Below are positions 48,193 through 60,000 of a stretch of 64,000 bases of DNA, piece after piece (positions within the stretch are counted from its first letter, which is position 1; each line of letters begins with the position of its first letter). A model generated the notes under the pieces. It saw only the letters and a program-made list of their open reading frames with translations, searched no databases and was not told where the DNA came from. The position numbers and the translations under genes are program-made. Origin of the DNA: Pelomyxa schiedti (taxonomy: Eukaryota; Protista; Evosea); assembly GCA_020536535.1 (NCBI GenBank), contig JAHLWZ010000424.1, positions 73,340 to 137,339 of the forward strand, given 5' to 3'.

Positions 48193-48407
48193 GTGGGGCT
48201 GACCACACGAGGCGGCAGTGCAGTGCCTGGGCAATCAGGAGAGCGCCCAACTTGGCAGCGGAGCAAGCCCCACCACCAAGCAGACACCCCCAACGACCCC
48301 ACAAAAAATAAGTTTAATATCGATGCTACCCAATGGGCAGCTTTCAGATATTAAGCTGAAAAGAACAGATACTACACTTGATCTTAGCCAAAAGGCCGAG
48401 AAGGTAT
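48193..48407 (-). ncRNA. U2: U2 spliceosomal snRNA
   Basis: Minus strand reads ATACCTTCTCGGCCTTTTGGCTAAGATCAAGTGTAGTATCTGTTCTT (branch-pairing GTGTAGTA), Sm site ATTTTTG, SLIII with G(CTTG)C loop and SLIV loop ACTGCAC. The 3' end is approximate. Confidence 0.97.
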
Positions 48408-48461
48408 GAAGGTACATGTCCCCCTTCCCTCGGAAGTACCCCCGCCTCTCCCTGGCAACAA

Positions 48462-48470
48462 TTATGGGGA
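48462..48470 (-). promoter_or_regulatory. DUSE-like upstream element (TCCCCATAA) of the U2 gene
   Basis: The CCCATAA core starts 61 nt upstream of the U2 5' end. Confidence 0.7.
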
Positions 48471-48664
48471 ACAGCTGAAACTTTGTTCCAAGAAATCGAT
48501 CTATTTCTATTTCTGACTAAGACCCAGAGGTACCTCAGCAAAGATACACAACATGCTGGGTAACGCTACGTTGTCATGTCTTGCGTGCTGTCGCTGTTAA
48601 GTCACAAAGTAACTGCAGGGAGTCCCAGCTTCCATGAAGACATTCGCTCGTGCCTGGCACAAAA

Positions 48665-50071
48665 ATGGTGGTTAGGGGGTTTCCGGTTGGTGTCGTTGTG
48701 GCGATTTTGATTGGCTGCTTGGGGTGTAATGGTCAGTCGTGTGAACCCACTCGGTACAAGATACCTGTCAAGACAGCAGGGGGACTGGAGATGCCATATT
48801 ACCTCAGCCCTGAATCCACCCTCCTGGGGGGTTACTTTCCTGGCGTAGGCTACTCGTTTGCTTTTTTTTTTTTTTTGTTGTTGTTGTTGTTGATTTGGGT
48901 GTAGGTTGTTGAGGTAGTGATTGTGCAGCATGGAATGGATAGGAATGCTGATGATTATCTCTGTTATATGATTGGGTCTCGTGATATTGCCTACCCACTA
49001 GGTATAATGCCACTGTTTTTTCCTCTCTTCCTTGTATTGTCAACGAGATTTGTATCAACTGACTTTAAGGCAACTCCAGTATTTTGATCCTTTCTTTTCA
49101 ATTTCAGCAATATCCAGATGATAACCCAGGAATGAATGACCTATTTTGGGTTTGCCTTCCTCGTGAATTCAACTCTTAATTGTTACCAGGATGATGAAAG
49201 CTGGAACATGGGAGGTCATTCCTCTCAAAAACAACCTTGGACAATCAGTTCCTTTGCTGTTACAGATTACATGATTAGTCTTCTTCTGTATGTCAATGGG
49301 ACAAAACACCAACTTTGACTGAAACTTAGTCTTACTCAGTCAACATGCAAACTTTCCCGACTTACGCGAAATAGTGTTTGCCGGACACTCGGCAGGTGGC
49401 CAGTTCTCAACCAGGTATGCTCAAGGCAACTTAATGCCTCAGGGTTATCCCATTGATTCAAGCCCGATTCACGTTCGCTATGTAGTTGCCAATCCTTCAT
49501 CGTATGTTTATCTATTTCATTGCTTGCCTTAAAATTCCCCAACAAAGTTACGGCTACATGAATGCGGAGCGTGCCCTCACTGGTTCTGATCCCTTTTCAA
49601 TACCCGATTCTAGTGATTGTCCAACCTACAATCAGTGGCGATATGGTTTGAACCACTCCAGGAAAAAACATATCTCAGAAGACTGTAGGCCTTGATGAAC
49701 TAAATGAGTACATGAGCATACCCGGAGTAGAGAACATAATACTGAACTATAAGCCACGTGATGTCGTGTACCTTCTTGGAACCAATGACACTTGTAATGA
49801 GTTACTGGACCCAACATGTGACTCTCATGGCCTGGATACCGGCTGTGAAGCCATGATGCAAGGAAGGTGGAGATACGAAAGGGGCACAACTTGGTTCCGC
49901 TTTCTTGATTACTTCTATGGTGAAACAGGTTTATGATGCAATTCTATGCTGTTTGTTCTTATCATCATGATTCCAGTGCAGAGGGAGGTTGACGTTCCAG
50001 GGGTGGGACATGACGGGGAGGCAATGTTCCAATCACCACAGGGTGTGGAAGTCATTTTCTTTGATTTCTAA
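48665..50071 (+). CDS. Secreted alpha/beta hydrolase-like protein, bacterial-like family
   Basis: Signal peptide; VVIVQHGMDRNADDY, FAGHSAGGQF, VVANPSS, VYLLGTND, QGRWRYERG, DVPGVGHDGEAMFQSPQG. Confidence 0.85.
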
Positions 50072-50172
50072 AATTTCTTCCATTCTAAAAAAAAAAATTT
50101 GTTTCTTTTTCTCATCTTATTTCCGGATCATAAAATTCTGTGCACCACATGAAAAGTGAGAGCAACACTCAA

Positions 50173-51553
50173 TCACAGCATTTCAGAGGAGGGCACAAAG
50201 GCACCATCAGATGGTCCACTCTCACGTGAGGGTCTCCTTTTATCCATTCTGGCCTTTTTGGGTGCCGGACTGTTTACACCACTGCCCCATTCTGAGGCAG
50301 TTGCTCCCAGGGCCAAATCACCCTTCTTCTCTTTCCGGAGTGCCTTCATTGGCCTGACGCGGTCACTGATGCGCCCAAAGTCCTGCATCTCCTTCCTCAC
50401 TGTGCCCATCTTCTCACCAAGGGGTGTGAAGGTCACATTCTTTTCCTTGCGGTTGGCTGCTTTTATCTGATGCGGGACTCGGCAGGCCTGCGTTTCCAGT
50501 TCGTGGGGTGCGAAGTGGTGCCTCCCAATGGAAAAGGAAAATCGGGGGCCTTGCTCTTCGAGAACAACTTTGGGAATCTGTTCCGCGGGATGGTGGGGGC
50601 AACGAAAAAGAATGGGAGTTCATACTGAGGTGCCGGATTTCTTCAAAAAGATTTTGTAGACGCAGAAATGACCTCCCTCGGGAGTGCTGGTGACAGAGAT
50701 TACATACTCGAGCAGGCCGAGGTTGAATTCGGTCACTACTTCACCGTGGTAGAAGTCTAAAAGGGGTAAGGTACTGGCCTTTATAATAAGCATAGGATAC
50801 CAAGAAGTAGGTTTTTGAGCTTTTTATATCTTTCCTCACTTTCAAACTCGTTTCCTCCGAAATAAAAAACTGGCTTGGCGCCCAGTTCAAGCTTTTCTAC
50901 CTAATCAAATAAAAAGGGTCAATAAAAAGGATAAATAAAAAGGAAAGCAGATTAGAAACCAACCGGAAAATCTTTCATTGGAACATAGTCCCGTACTCCA
51001 AGTTCTATCATGTCGTACACATGGTGGTCAAACATTCTGACCAGTGTGATGGAAGAGGGGTTGCGTTTGGTGTGTGATGCTATCATTATAAGACTAGCAT
51101 CGTATCTAAAAGAACATTTTTCCATCATTGTATCATCCTCAAAAGCCCGGAACGTAAACTTTCTACTGAAGCTCAGAGAATCAGGTTTTTTCATCAGATA
51201 CTATGTGTATGGAAGAAAGAAATTAGGCAGCACAAAATGCCAACAGAGGATAGTACAGAGAAAAGGAGTGAGAATTCATCAAAAAAAAAAAAAAAAAAAA
51301 CAGGGCACAAACCAGCTCCTTCAGGAGGCTTTTCGTGTCATTACTGGACCTGGGGCCTTTCATAAAGAGAGCCATCTTGACATTTTCGTTTACTTTGGGC
51401 TGCCTTTTTTTCCAATCGGCCTCCCTCTTGTGCTTGCCGAATTTGATCCTGGCAAGCCATGCGATGTCAGGAGAGGAAAAAGCTTCAGGAAGAAGCAACG
51501 ACAATGCAGACCAAAACACAAAGAATAACGCACTTGGGGGATAGTCTCTGCAT
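50173..51553 (-). CDS. RPF2: Brix-domain ribosome biogenesis factor RPF2
   Basis: RQPKVNENVKMALFMKG, AFEDDTMMEKCSFRYDASL..SHTKRNPSSITLVRMFDHHVYDMIELGV, KNVTFTPLGEKMGTVRKEMQDF. Confidence 0.9.
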
Positions 51554-51793
51554 GATCTTGATGTAGTGCGCAACCCGACCGACTCCTCAATGCAATTAAA
51601 AGCCGAACTGCAACTGCCGCTGAAAAGCAGAATCTCCCATTTACTCGAGAAAACCTTGTTCCGCGGCCTTCACCATATATCCGGGGTTTCCAGTGAGAAG
51701 GAGCACACCAGGGGGTGTGTTTTAAAGAAAAATCCCAGGCCCCACCTCCGGTTGAACAACTTTGATTAGAGATCCATTCTTTGACGATAAGTG

Positions 51794-53473
51794 ATGGCCG
51801 CCATTTCGCCGTCAGGCGACACGCCGGAAAAGAAACCAGGCGACGTTATCCCGGACGCAGTTGACAACGATCTCGAGTCGGCCTCAAGTTCCGACAGCGA
51901 GATGGACTCGTTTTCGCACGAAAGCGCATCGCCCGGAGATCTCGAGTGCCGCGAGTCGCCCGGATCTGGCCCGCTCGCGGCCGCCAACAGCACCGCCGTG
52001 TGCCTATTCGAGAGCGACGAAAAAAGCGCGTGGGACGCGCTGGAGAGCAAGCGGCGGCACAGGAAAACCACCACATCGCAATCTACGGCGGCGGCTGCGG
52101 GGGCAGGAGGAGACGTCGAGCTGGAGGCGCTGTTGGGCGCAGAAGCAAACGCCGCACCGCTGGAGAAGAAGAAGGAGAATGAGGCGGGGACCGGAACCCC
52201 CTCGGGCGACGGCGGTGCCCGCGGCGGCGCGGAGGAGGACCCTGAGCGGGCGGGCGTTGGGAGGCAGAAGCCAGCTTCTAGCGATTCTGTGGGCGACGGC
52301 GGGAAAAGAGGAGCTGAGGGGACGGAGAAGCTGCTGCCGCCGCCGGCGCGACGGTCGTGCTGCTGCTGCCGCCGGTTACTGTGCTGCCGGTGTCGCTGCC
52401 GATGCTTTAGTGGGTGCTGGCAAAGGTTTTTATTAATCTTTGTGGCAAAGTCGACACCAACACACTTGTGTTTGACTGCACTGCAAGCAGAAAAATTCAA
52501 TTATCATCAGGCTGAACAGGTTTCTGTGCCCAGCGAAGCCCAGGAGAAAGCCAAGGGAAACCCAGCCCCTTCTCAATAGGGCATCCACTAGACAACACCT
52601 AGAGATCAGTCTACAAGCTGTAACGATATCTTGGCTTGTATGTATCCCGCTATCTCCTTCTAGATACACATTTTCAAAATCTTTTTTTCCCCCCAAAGTA
52701 ATACCGTTATTAGCTTATGTCATGTGCCCTTATTTTCTGCACTCGGGAAGGTGTCAAGAGAAATGACATTCTTAGCCGCATCACCGCTGGAAGTGTAATT
52801 GGATTTTTCATTGGGTTTAGTATGTGAACTATTCTAGCTAATCTGCTTATCCCAACTAAATGAAACCATAGTTATAATTTGTGTGGTACCTATCATGAAA
52901 GTTTTTGGGCTGAGGGGTGAAACAGTTGCAAAGATTCAGATTCCTTTGATGGAACTTTATTTAGTCATTTTCCCCTGTGCGGTCGGACTCCTTGCGACGG
53001 TAACTGCACTTTCGCCAACTCCCCCACAATTGACCATGCACAGAACGCATATTCTCAGTTGAATCTTATCAGGTACGTCGACCACCACTTCATTGCGAAC
53101 AGTAAAACTCAATTGGAAAAGATGGGAATTGCTCAATAGTATTCTGTATATCTTATGCACTGCGGCTGTTGTTGTCTGCCCAATTGGCACCATAATAGGG
53201 ATGTGCATGTTCATTCACAAGACACGGAAGCACTATGTTCTGTCTAACATGCCCCTGATGACCAGTATAAGCTCGACACTGAGAAAGCCCATGGCATGGG
53301 CCAGTGTGGTATGTCTTGCAAACCCCCCCCCCCCCGAACACAACTCACAAACAAATATCCCGCAGGGCAGCGTTGTATTTGTGTTATGGCTCACTACCAT
53401 CTTCGTGTCCATCATGATGCTGCCCTTTGCCCTTATTCTGAAAAGTTGGCTCACCCAAAGACACCGCCATTGA
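51794..53473 (+). CDS. Unknown multi-pass membrane protein with acidic low-complexity N-terminus and Cys cluster
   Basis: Long first exon, RRSCCCCRRLLCCRCRCRC motif, then exons with about 5-6 hydrophobic segments ending ..LPFALILKSWLTQRHRH*. Confidence 0.65.
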
Positions 53474-53697
53474 TGACGGGCTGTGCCTTGGACTTTTTTT
53501 CCCAATCGCAGAGAGGAACCCACAGGCTCAGTCGCCAACTTGTCCTACGCGTGAAAACAAAAAAAAAAAGAAAATTTGAAACCGGCATTGGTGTGCTATT
53601 GATTGTTGAAAGCCAGACGACAACAGGACAACAACAAGTAGATCGATCTAGTTTTTGTGTGAGCGCCGTGTGCGATACGTTTCTAAGATCCCTTGAG

Positions 53698-56053
53698 ATG
53701 AAGAAAAAGCAGCGGCCGATAAAGGATACTGAGTTGTACAGGCCTGGTGCGTGTTGGGGCTTTTTTTTTTTTTTTGGTTATTTACATCAGACAAGGCACC
53801 AGTCGACTTCAGGCACAAAATTATGCCTCTGCTTCATTGCCTGTGGAGTATGCGTGAACTGTACATTTCACTTGTCTAGTACTTACATTTCCAAGGGGCA
53901 AGGCTGACTGCAAAATTATGGTTGCTTCCCGCCCACAACCTTCGATTTTATTAATCAGTCCAAGATTTGCGGCTGGAAGAAGTCCTTCAAAGTTACAGAG
54001 CTTGGTGATGTTCTAGCTTCCAAGTTGGGAAGACCTATCACTCTCAGTGATGTATATATTTCTGTCACCTGATTATTCTTGTAACAAAAAATGTACAGCA
54101 AAAAGAATTTGGAAATAGATGTTTCCTCTCGGTTCCCACTGAAGCAGATGCCAAAAGCCTTCAAACATTGACCCCTTTACCCTTCAGAGGAGAGATGGTT
54201 ATCTATATCCCTGTAGGCTTTAACAGTTCACTTTTTTTAAAAAAAAAAGTTGAAAATAGTTGCTCTTGTGAAGAAACCTCCTCCTGGGCGCGTTCTGGTG
54301 TGCTTCACCCGACGAATCTCTCGCCCCTAGTCTGTGACTAAATTGTACTAGGAAATGGCACTGCATGCATATGTTACTCGTTCATACAATTCTGAAGCCA
54401 AGTTTCTTGATCTTTCTTCCCTGAAAACTAAAATTGACGTGTAAGCAGATAGCTTATCTTATCATCTTTTTTACTGATAGAATTACTTTTTCACAGAACT
54501 ACAATGGACTTGAATTTGTCCACCACGTACTCTACATTGTGGAAAGTACTGCTGAGGTGTGCCCCTCAGGTGCTCTCCTCTCTTTTTTCCATTTCTGTTC
54601 TTTTTAACGCAGAATGACTAGATTGAATCTTTGTCTTTCTCGGGGAACAACATTCATTCCCTGTCAGGGTTCGACCACTATGAAGCCACCAAGCTCAGGG
54701 ATCTTAAGAATTTCTGTTTTTCAAGTCGGCATGCTTGATATTTGCTCAGCCTTAATGCCTTCTAGATAATGCAATCTCTGAGATGGTTCAAGTCAACCAT
54801 CTGAAACGTCTTCGTGTGAGAGAACTTGATTTCAGACAGAACCCAATTTTTGGTCTCCAAAATTATAAGATGTATTTCCCCGCACCGCCAACCTGAAATT
54901 CAATGAAATTAAGGGAGGTAGAGAAGAAATTCCCTCAATTGAGATTTCTTGATGGGGCTGAAGTAAAGATGCTGCGCTCGTTTGTGCTGCCTGGATATAT
55001 TGTAACAGGGACATCTGAACTACCTGCTCAGATAACCGACTATAGTGACTGTGAAGATACAAGACGCACCGCAAGTCAATTTCTGACCATGTTATTTTTT
55101 TCTTTTCCTGACACGCTGTACTCATTTTACCAAGGTTTTTCGAAAAATTCGACCAAGAAAGAGGTGACTTGAGAGATGCCTACACTGACCAGTCATTTTT
55201 TTCTATGTCTATGTTGGGGTATGTGAGAGTAATGACAGGCTCAAGTACTGATCCGTCAATAAGGGAGAAACGATTCCAAGACACATTTCGTGCAAGCAAC
55301 CGAAATCTATTGAGACTAAATGGTATCTGATTCTCTGGAACTCTCTTTCCCGGATAATCTTACCTCCACAACAGATAGTTCTGACCGTCAGTCGTCTCTT
55401 TTACGTTTTGGAAAGCAAGAAATACAACAGTTCATTGGGTCAATGCCTACCACCGCTCATCACCTGAACGAGTGCTCGTTTGATTCTTATGTTATACAAT
55501 CCATGCCTGGCGTTATTCTGTTGTGTATACAGTGTTACGGCCGATTGTCTATGAGTATGTTCTTAGTGTGCATCCGTTCGCTCAAACAGTACAGATGAGA
55601 ACAGCTACAGTTTCTCCAGAACTTTTCTCCTGGCACCAAACAAGAGGTACTCTTTCATGCTCTTCCTATTTAATCTCTCTGTTTTTTTGCACCAGTGGTG
55701 TAGCTCAAACGCTTTGGCCTGTTGTGATACTCAATGATCAGCTTCACCTTGAGGACTTTGTACGACTACTTGTACCGCGCAAAAGAAATGTACTGTAGAC
55801 AACCTCCCCCTTATGGTGCTAATTTCAATTGGTTAAACAGGAACGTGCCGAGATTCTCGCGGCATTAATGAAACAAACCCGGCTGCTGGAGGTTTATGCT
55901 ACCCAGTGCCTAGAGAGCACACAGTGGAATTATGATGAGGCCCTGGCGGCATTCCAAAGCAGAATGGTATACTTTGTTCCTTTCCGTCTTTTCAATAGTG
56001 ACACTCAACAGTCAGCTGGTGCAATTCCACCTGCGGCCTTCCAACAGCCCTAA
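53698..56053 (+). CDS. NXF1: mRNA export factor NXF1/Mex67
   Basis: LRRs (LSGNNIHSL, ELDFRQNPI, FPQLRFLDG), NTF2-like region and TAP-C/UBA domain (TRLLEVYATQCLESTQWNYDEALAAF..IPPAAF). Confidence 0.88.
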
Positions 56054-56402
56054 GTGTTCTAATTTGTAAGGAAAACAATTTTTTTTCTTGGAAGAAATTT
56101 AGAACAAAAAATTAGAAATCTGATACGCAGTTGGACAATTTACGTTGACGAAATTAAAAGGCCTTTCATCGGCGAGGCTTTTTTTTTCTTTCGATCTACA
56201 TTTCGTTATTGAAACACAAATCGCCCGACCTTGGCACCGGTGCCAGTGAGATCTTGTCGTCATCATGGTGATCGCTTGTAACAACCAAAAACCGCGCAAC
56301 CGTGTTTAGCCGGAAACGCGAAGTCACGTGTCGTCTTTGTCGTTTTTTCCCTTTTGTTGTGTGTCAATTATGCACCCTACGCTTTTCACCACCTTTAACG
56401 AC

Positions 56403-56868
56403 ATGTTGCAGCCTGTTTGTCAAACCGATCTTTTGCACCCCTCCGCCGCCTCTGAGAGGCGCAAGCACAAGAAAAAAAGACTCGTACAGGTGGGCTCTTT
56501 TATTTCTTTGTCTGTTTATTTGGGCACCTGATCCGACTTCCTAACAGAGCCCTAACTCGTACTTCCTCGACGTTAAGTGTGCCGCTTGTGCCAATGTGAC
56601 AACAATTTTCTCACATGTAAGTATCCTCTTTTTCTTAACTGTTCAATACGCTCTTAAACTTACAATTTCACCCCAATCAAACACCCACAGTCCAACTAAA
56701 GTAAAATAAACGCCGCACACTCCACTATAATATGCACTTAAAGTAATCCCCACATAGGCCTCCACCGTTGTACTGTGCACCTCATGCAACTCAGTCTTGT
56801 GCCAACCCACCGGCGGACGAGCACAACTCACCCAGGGTTGCGCATTCAGAAAGAAGCCCGATTTCTAA
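56403..56868 (+). CDS. RPS27: 40S ribosomal protein eS27 (3 exons; missed by the ORF track)
   Basis: [21 protein letters not shown]|[23 protein letters not shown]|[33 protein letters not shown]. Confidence 0.97.
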
Positions 56869-57049
56869 ATGTGTTTTCGTTTTTTGACTTGTTTCTATTC
56901 TTGTTGGGGGTGAAAATAAAACCACAAACCCAATGCCCTATGGCACAGGACAAACAACGAAAAACTTCTCAAGTAGAGGAGAGTGATGTTAAACGACTTC
57001 GTTTTTTTATTGTTTTAACTTGGTGCTTTAGAGCCGGCAAACTTGCTTG

Positions 57050-60000
57050 TTATGTTAGAGCGAGTAATCGCCTGGGAGAATGAATTTAGGAAGAGAACGA
57101 GCATGAATACAAACATACATCCTCAGGTTTTCGCGTTGTTCCATTTCTTGCGGCGAGGCACGGGCTGTCCATCTTCTCAAATCTATGACATACCGGTTGA
57201 ATGATTGGCGTGGGAGCACTCCAGTCTGGCGTGCATCGCCGTTTGGATTAACCGTTGGAAGCTGGCCTTTGGTACTGTGGAATATGTGTCAAGAGAAGAG
57301 GGCGCTTCAGGGTGTGGAGGTTACTAAGCTTCAGCTAGTTCACAGATTACTTCTAGTAAATGAATACTGGGTTTCCCCCCCTCTTCCATCCAAAAGCTGT
57401 CAGCTTCAGGGGTCTTGGCCTTTTATTAATTACAGAAAAGCACACGAGATTGTACCGTGTAGAGGTTGTCATACACTTCCAGGACTCGGGTACACGGCGT
57501 CACGGTACACATAGATATAGCAATGGCAGATTTAGGTGTAACACCGCATCCTTGGAGCTGCTGCCTATAATTGATCTGCTCCAGTGCATCAATGAGGTAA
57601 ACTAGGTTGGATGTGAGACATTACTCTTGCTCATTACGAGAAAAACCAATTTCATTGTCATCCAACCGCTGTTCAACTTCAATAAACTTCAATATCTCGG
57701 GCAGACGTTCCACCTCTTTCATAATGTCGGTTGAATAAGAAAGAAAAACTAGTACCGATAATCATTCTCCAAAGATCCACGCTATCGGCAAAACAGGCTG
57801 GCATTTGATGTTGAAAGTCAAGGAGATGCTGCCACAGTCGATTCATAATACAAATGTCTTTCAACTACCGACGTTAGGATCTACTTCGTGTGTGGTACAA
57901 TACCTCCGCGGCGGAACATAAAGTTGTGGAAAGTCTAGTTTCGGCCCCAGGCAATCTTAAGAGAATATGTTCTTGCAGTGTGGCAATCTTAGAAACATAA
58001 ACGTTAGGGTCTCAGCTAAGAGGCGGGAATTACTACTAATAATAATGATAACAATAAATACGGAAGTAAAGACAAAGTTCTACATGGAGTTTTTCTGTAA
58101 CTTCTTGCCGATTTGGTGCGTCTTCAGGCAGGACTGCCAGCGCTTTTTTCAAATGATCTAAAATAAGCAAAAACTGATGGTCCTGGTAGGGAGGAACCGA
58201 TATTCAACACAGGGGAATGGGTTATATGAGAAACCTCAGTTGTTGCCAATTTGTAGTAGACCTCAGACGCCCTGAGGACTTCTCCGTTCACAAGGTACCA
58301 CTAAGAGGCAAGTGAGAAAGGAATTTGCAGAGCGCCGTACCTCAGCAAGAAAATCAAGGTCATTTGCATAAAGAAATCTTTCAACCCATGTAGGCTTACT
58401 CTGGAGTAAAGATTAAGAGGAATAGTGCCCGAGTAAACTTACACTTTTTAGTATCGCATGGGGTTCAAAGTTAAGAAGGTATTCATACAATGCCATATGC
58501 ACTGCATACAAATCAGTTTTTAGTAACTCGTCAATTTGCGCGGCTCTCCAGCTCTCTACTCGGAGTCACAAAATGCAGTACGAGTGAAGAAGATACCAGG
58601 TGCCAAAGGATGTTGTAAAAGCTTGGTAATAAACCCAACACACTCTTTCACTGCCTGAAAGGACGCTTCCACATCTGGGGGGTTTTCAGTCCCTGGCTTC
58701 CAATGTGTGGAATTGCCTGATAATGCTCAGTAAATGGGTGTTGACATGGATACATACACATAGGGTCTTTTTTTTGTGCAATTTTTAAGCAGGCTTGAAC
58801 AAAGAAGTCCTTCAAATTCAACTCGACACACAGGTTAAACAACTCTATTATGCGAATCAAGTCTAGGTGTATCTCAGTAAATATATGTACCTTGTAACGG
58901 AGCAGCTGCGACTTGCTGGAAAACAAGAACAGCCTGTTTTACGTCATCAGAGTTTTTTGTTTTTTTTGCTTTCTCAAGAATAAGTGTTCCCTATTGCCTG
59001 TAAGTGCCCTTTGGATGGACAATACTAAAACCTGAAAGTACAAAAAGTCTTGATCTGTCCAGAAAAACGAACACCTTTTCCGCAGCTCTTCATTTAGAGT
59101 TTCCTAAACTTATTAGACAGTGCAGTGAGTGCCTGCAGTGCCTATACCGCTGCCATTTTGTCAAGTGAATTCTTCATTAAATCGTGCAATTCGCCACGGC
59201 CTCGAGTGTGTGCCTCCCCCTCTCCTCTCATAAACTCCAAGAACTCCATTCTTACAATGGGACCAGGTCTGTACAAGTTAGACGTAGAAGGGATAGGTTT
59301 TAACTACCGGCAGGAAGATTTGTTGAGAAGGTTAACAAGGTAAATTGCCTGCACACAATTCGACACGAAAACTTCCAACTTGCGTGTCGCACTGTTCTCT
59401 TCCTGGGGAGGTTGAAAAATATTACAGATGAAGCGAAAGGACTACCATTTCAGCGGTCTGCTGTCTGTTGACTGTATGCAGTTGTAGCACTTTGTCACTT
59501 AGGGTTTTCGGAGTGTAATGCTTGCGATTTGTTGGAGTTAAGGCAACATATGTAAGAAGAGCAGTGTAGTGTCAGGATATAGGTTGTAAGAAAGGCCAAC
59601 ACTTTTTCGAGGGGCTCTAACAAGGAATTAAGTGCCATTTCTTCCTCCATGAGTCTTCAGCAAACTTGTTAAAAAAAAAAAAAGAAATTCCAGTCACAAC
59701 TTGGATAGTGTCTGAGTCCACACAGGAAAAATAATGCGGGCAATCAGGAGACACAAAGCTTTATAACTCATTGACAGTGTAATGATTGGTACAGGCGATA
59801 CTCCCTGTTGGTGCATTGAAGGAGTTCCCCCCATATCCTTAAATAATCGCTGTGCTTCAGACAAAAGTTGACTGGTCGAGCCTTTGAGTGTTCCTGGTTT
59901 TTTCTTATTTAAGAAAGGTGCTTATTTCTGAGGAACCAAAGAAAACATCAGGAATCAGATCCATTATAACAGCAAGAGCCATTGAGCAACACTCTAGAGA

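Noticed and set aside
56939-57605. Plus-strand ORFs (MAQDKQRK.., MTYRLNDW..) downstream of RPS27
   Set aside because: They overlap the final NUP155 exons on the minus strand and have no independent motif support.
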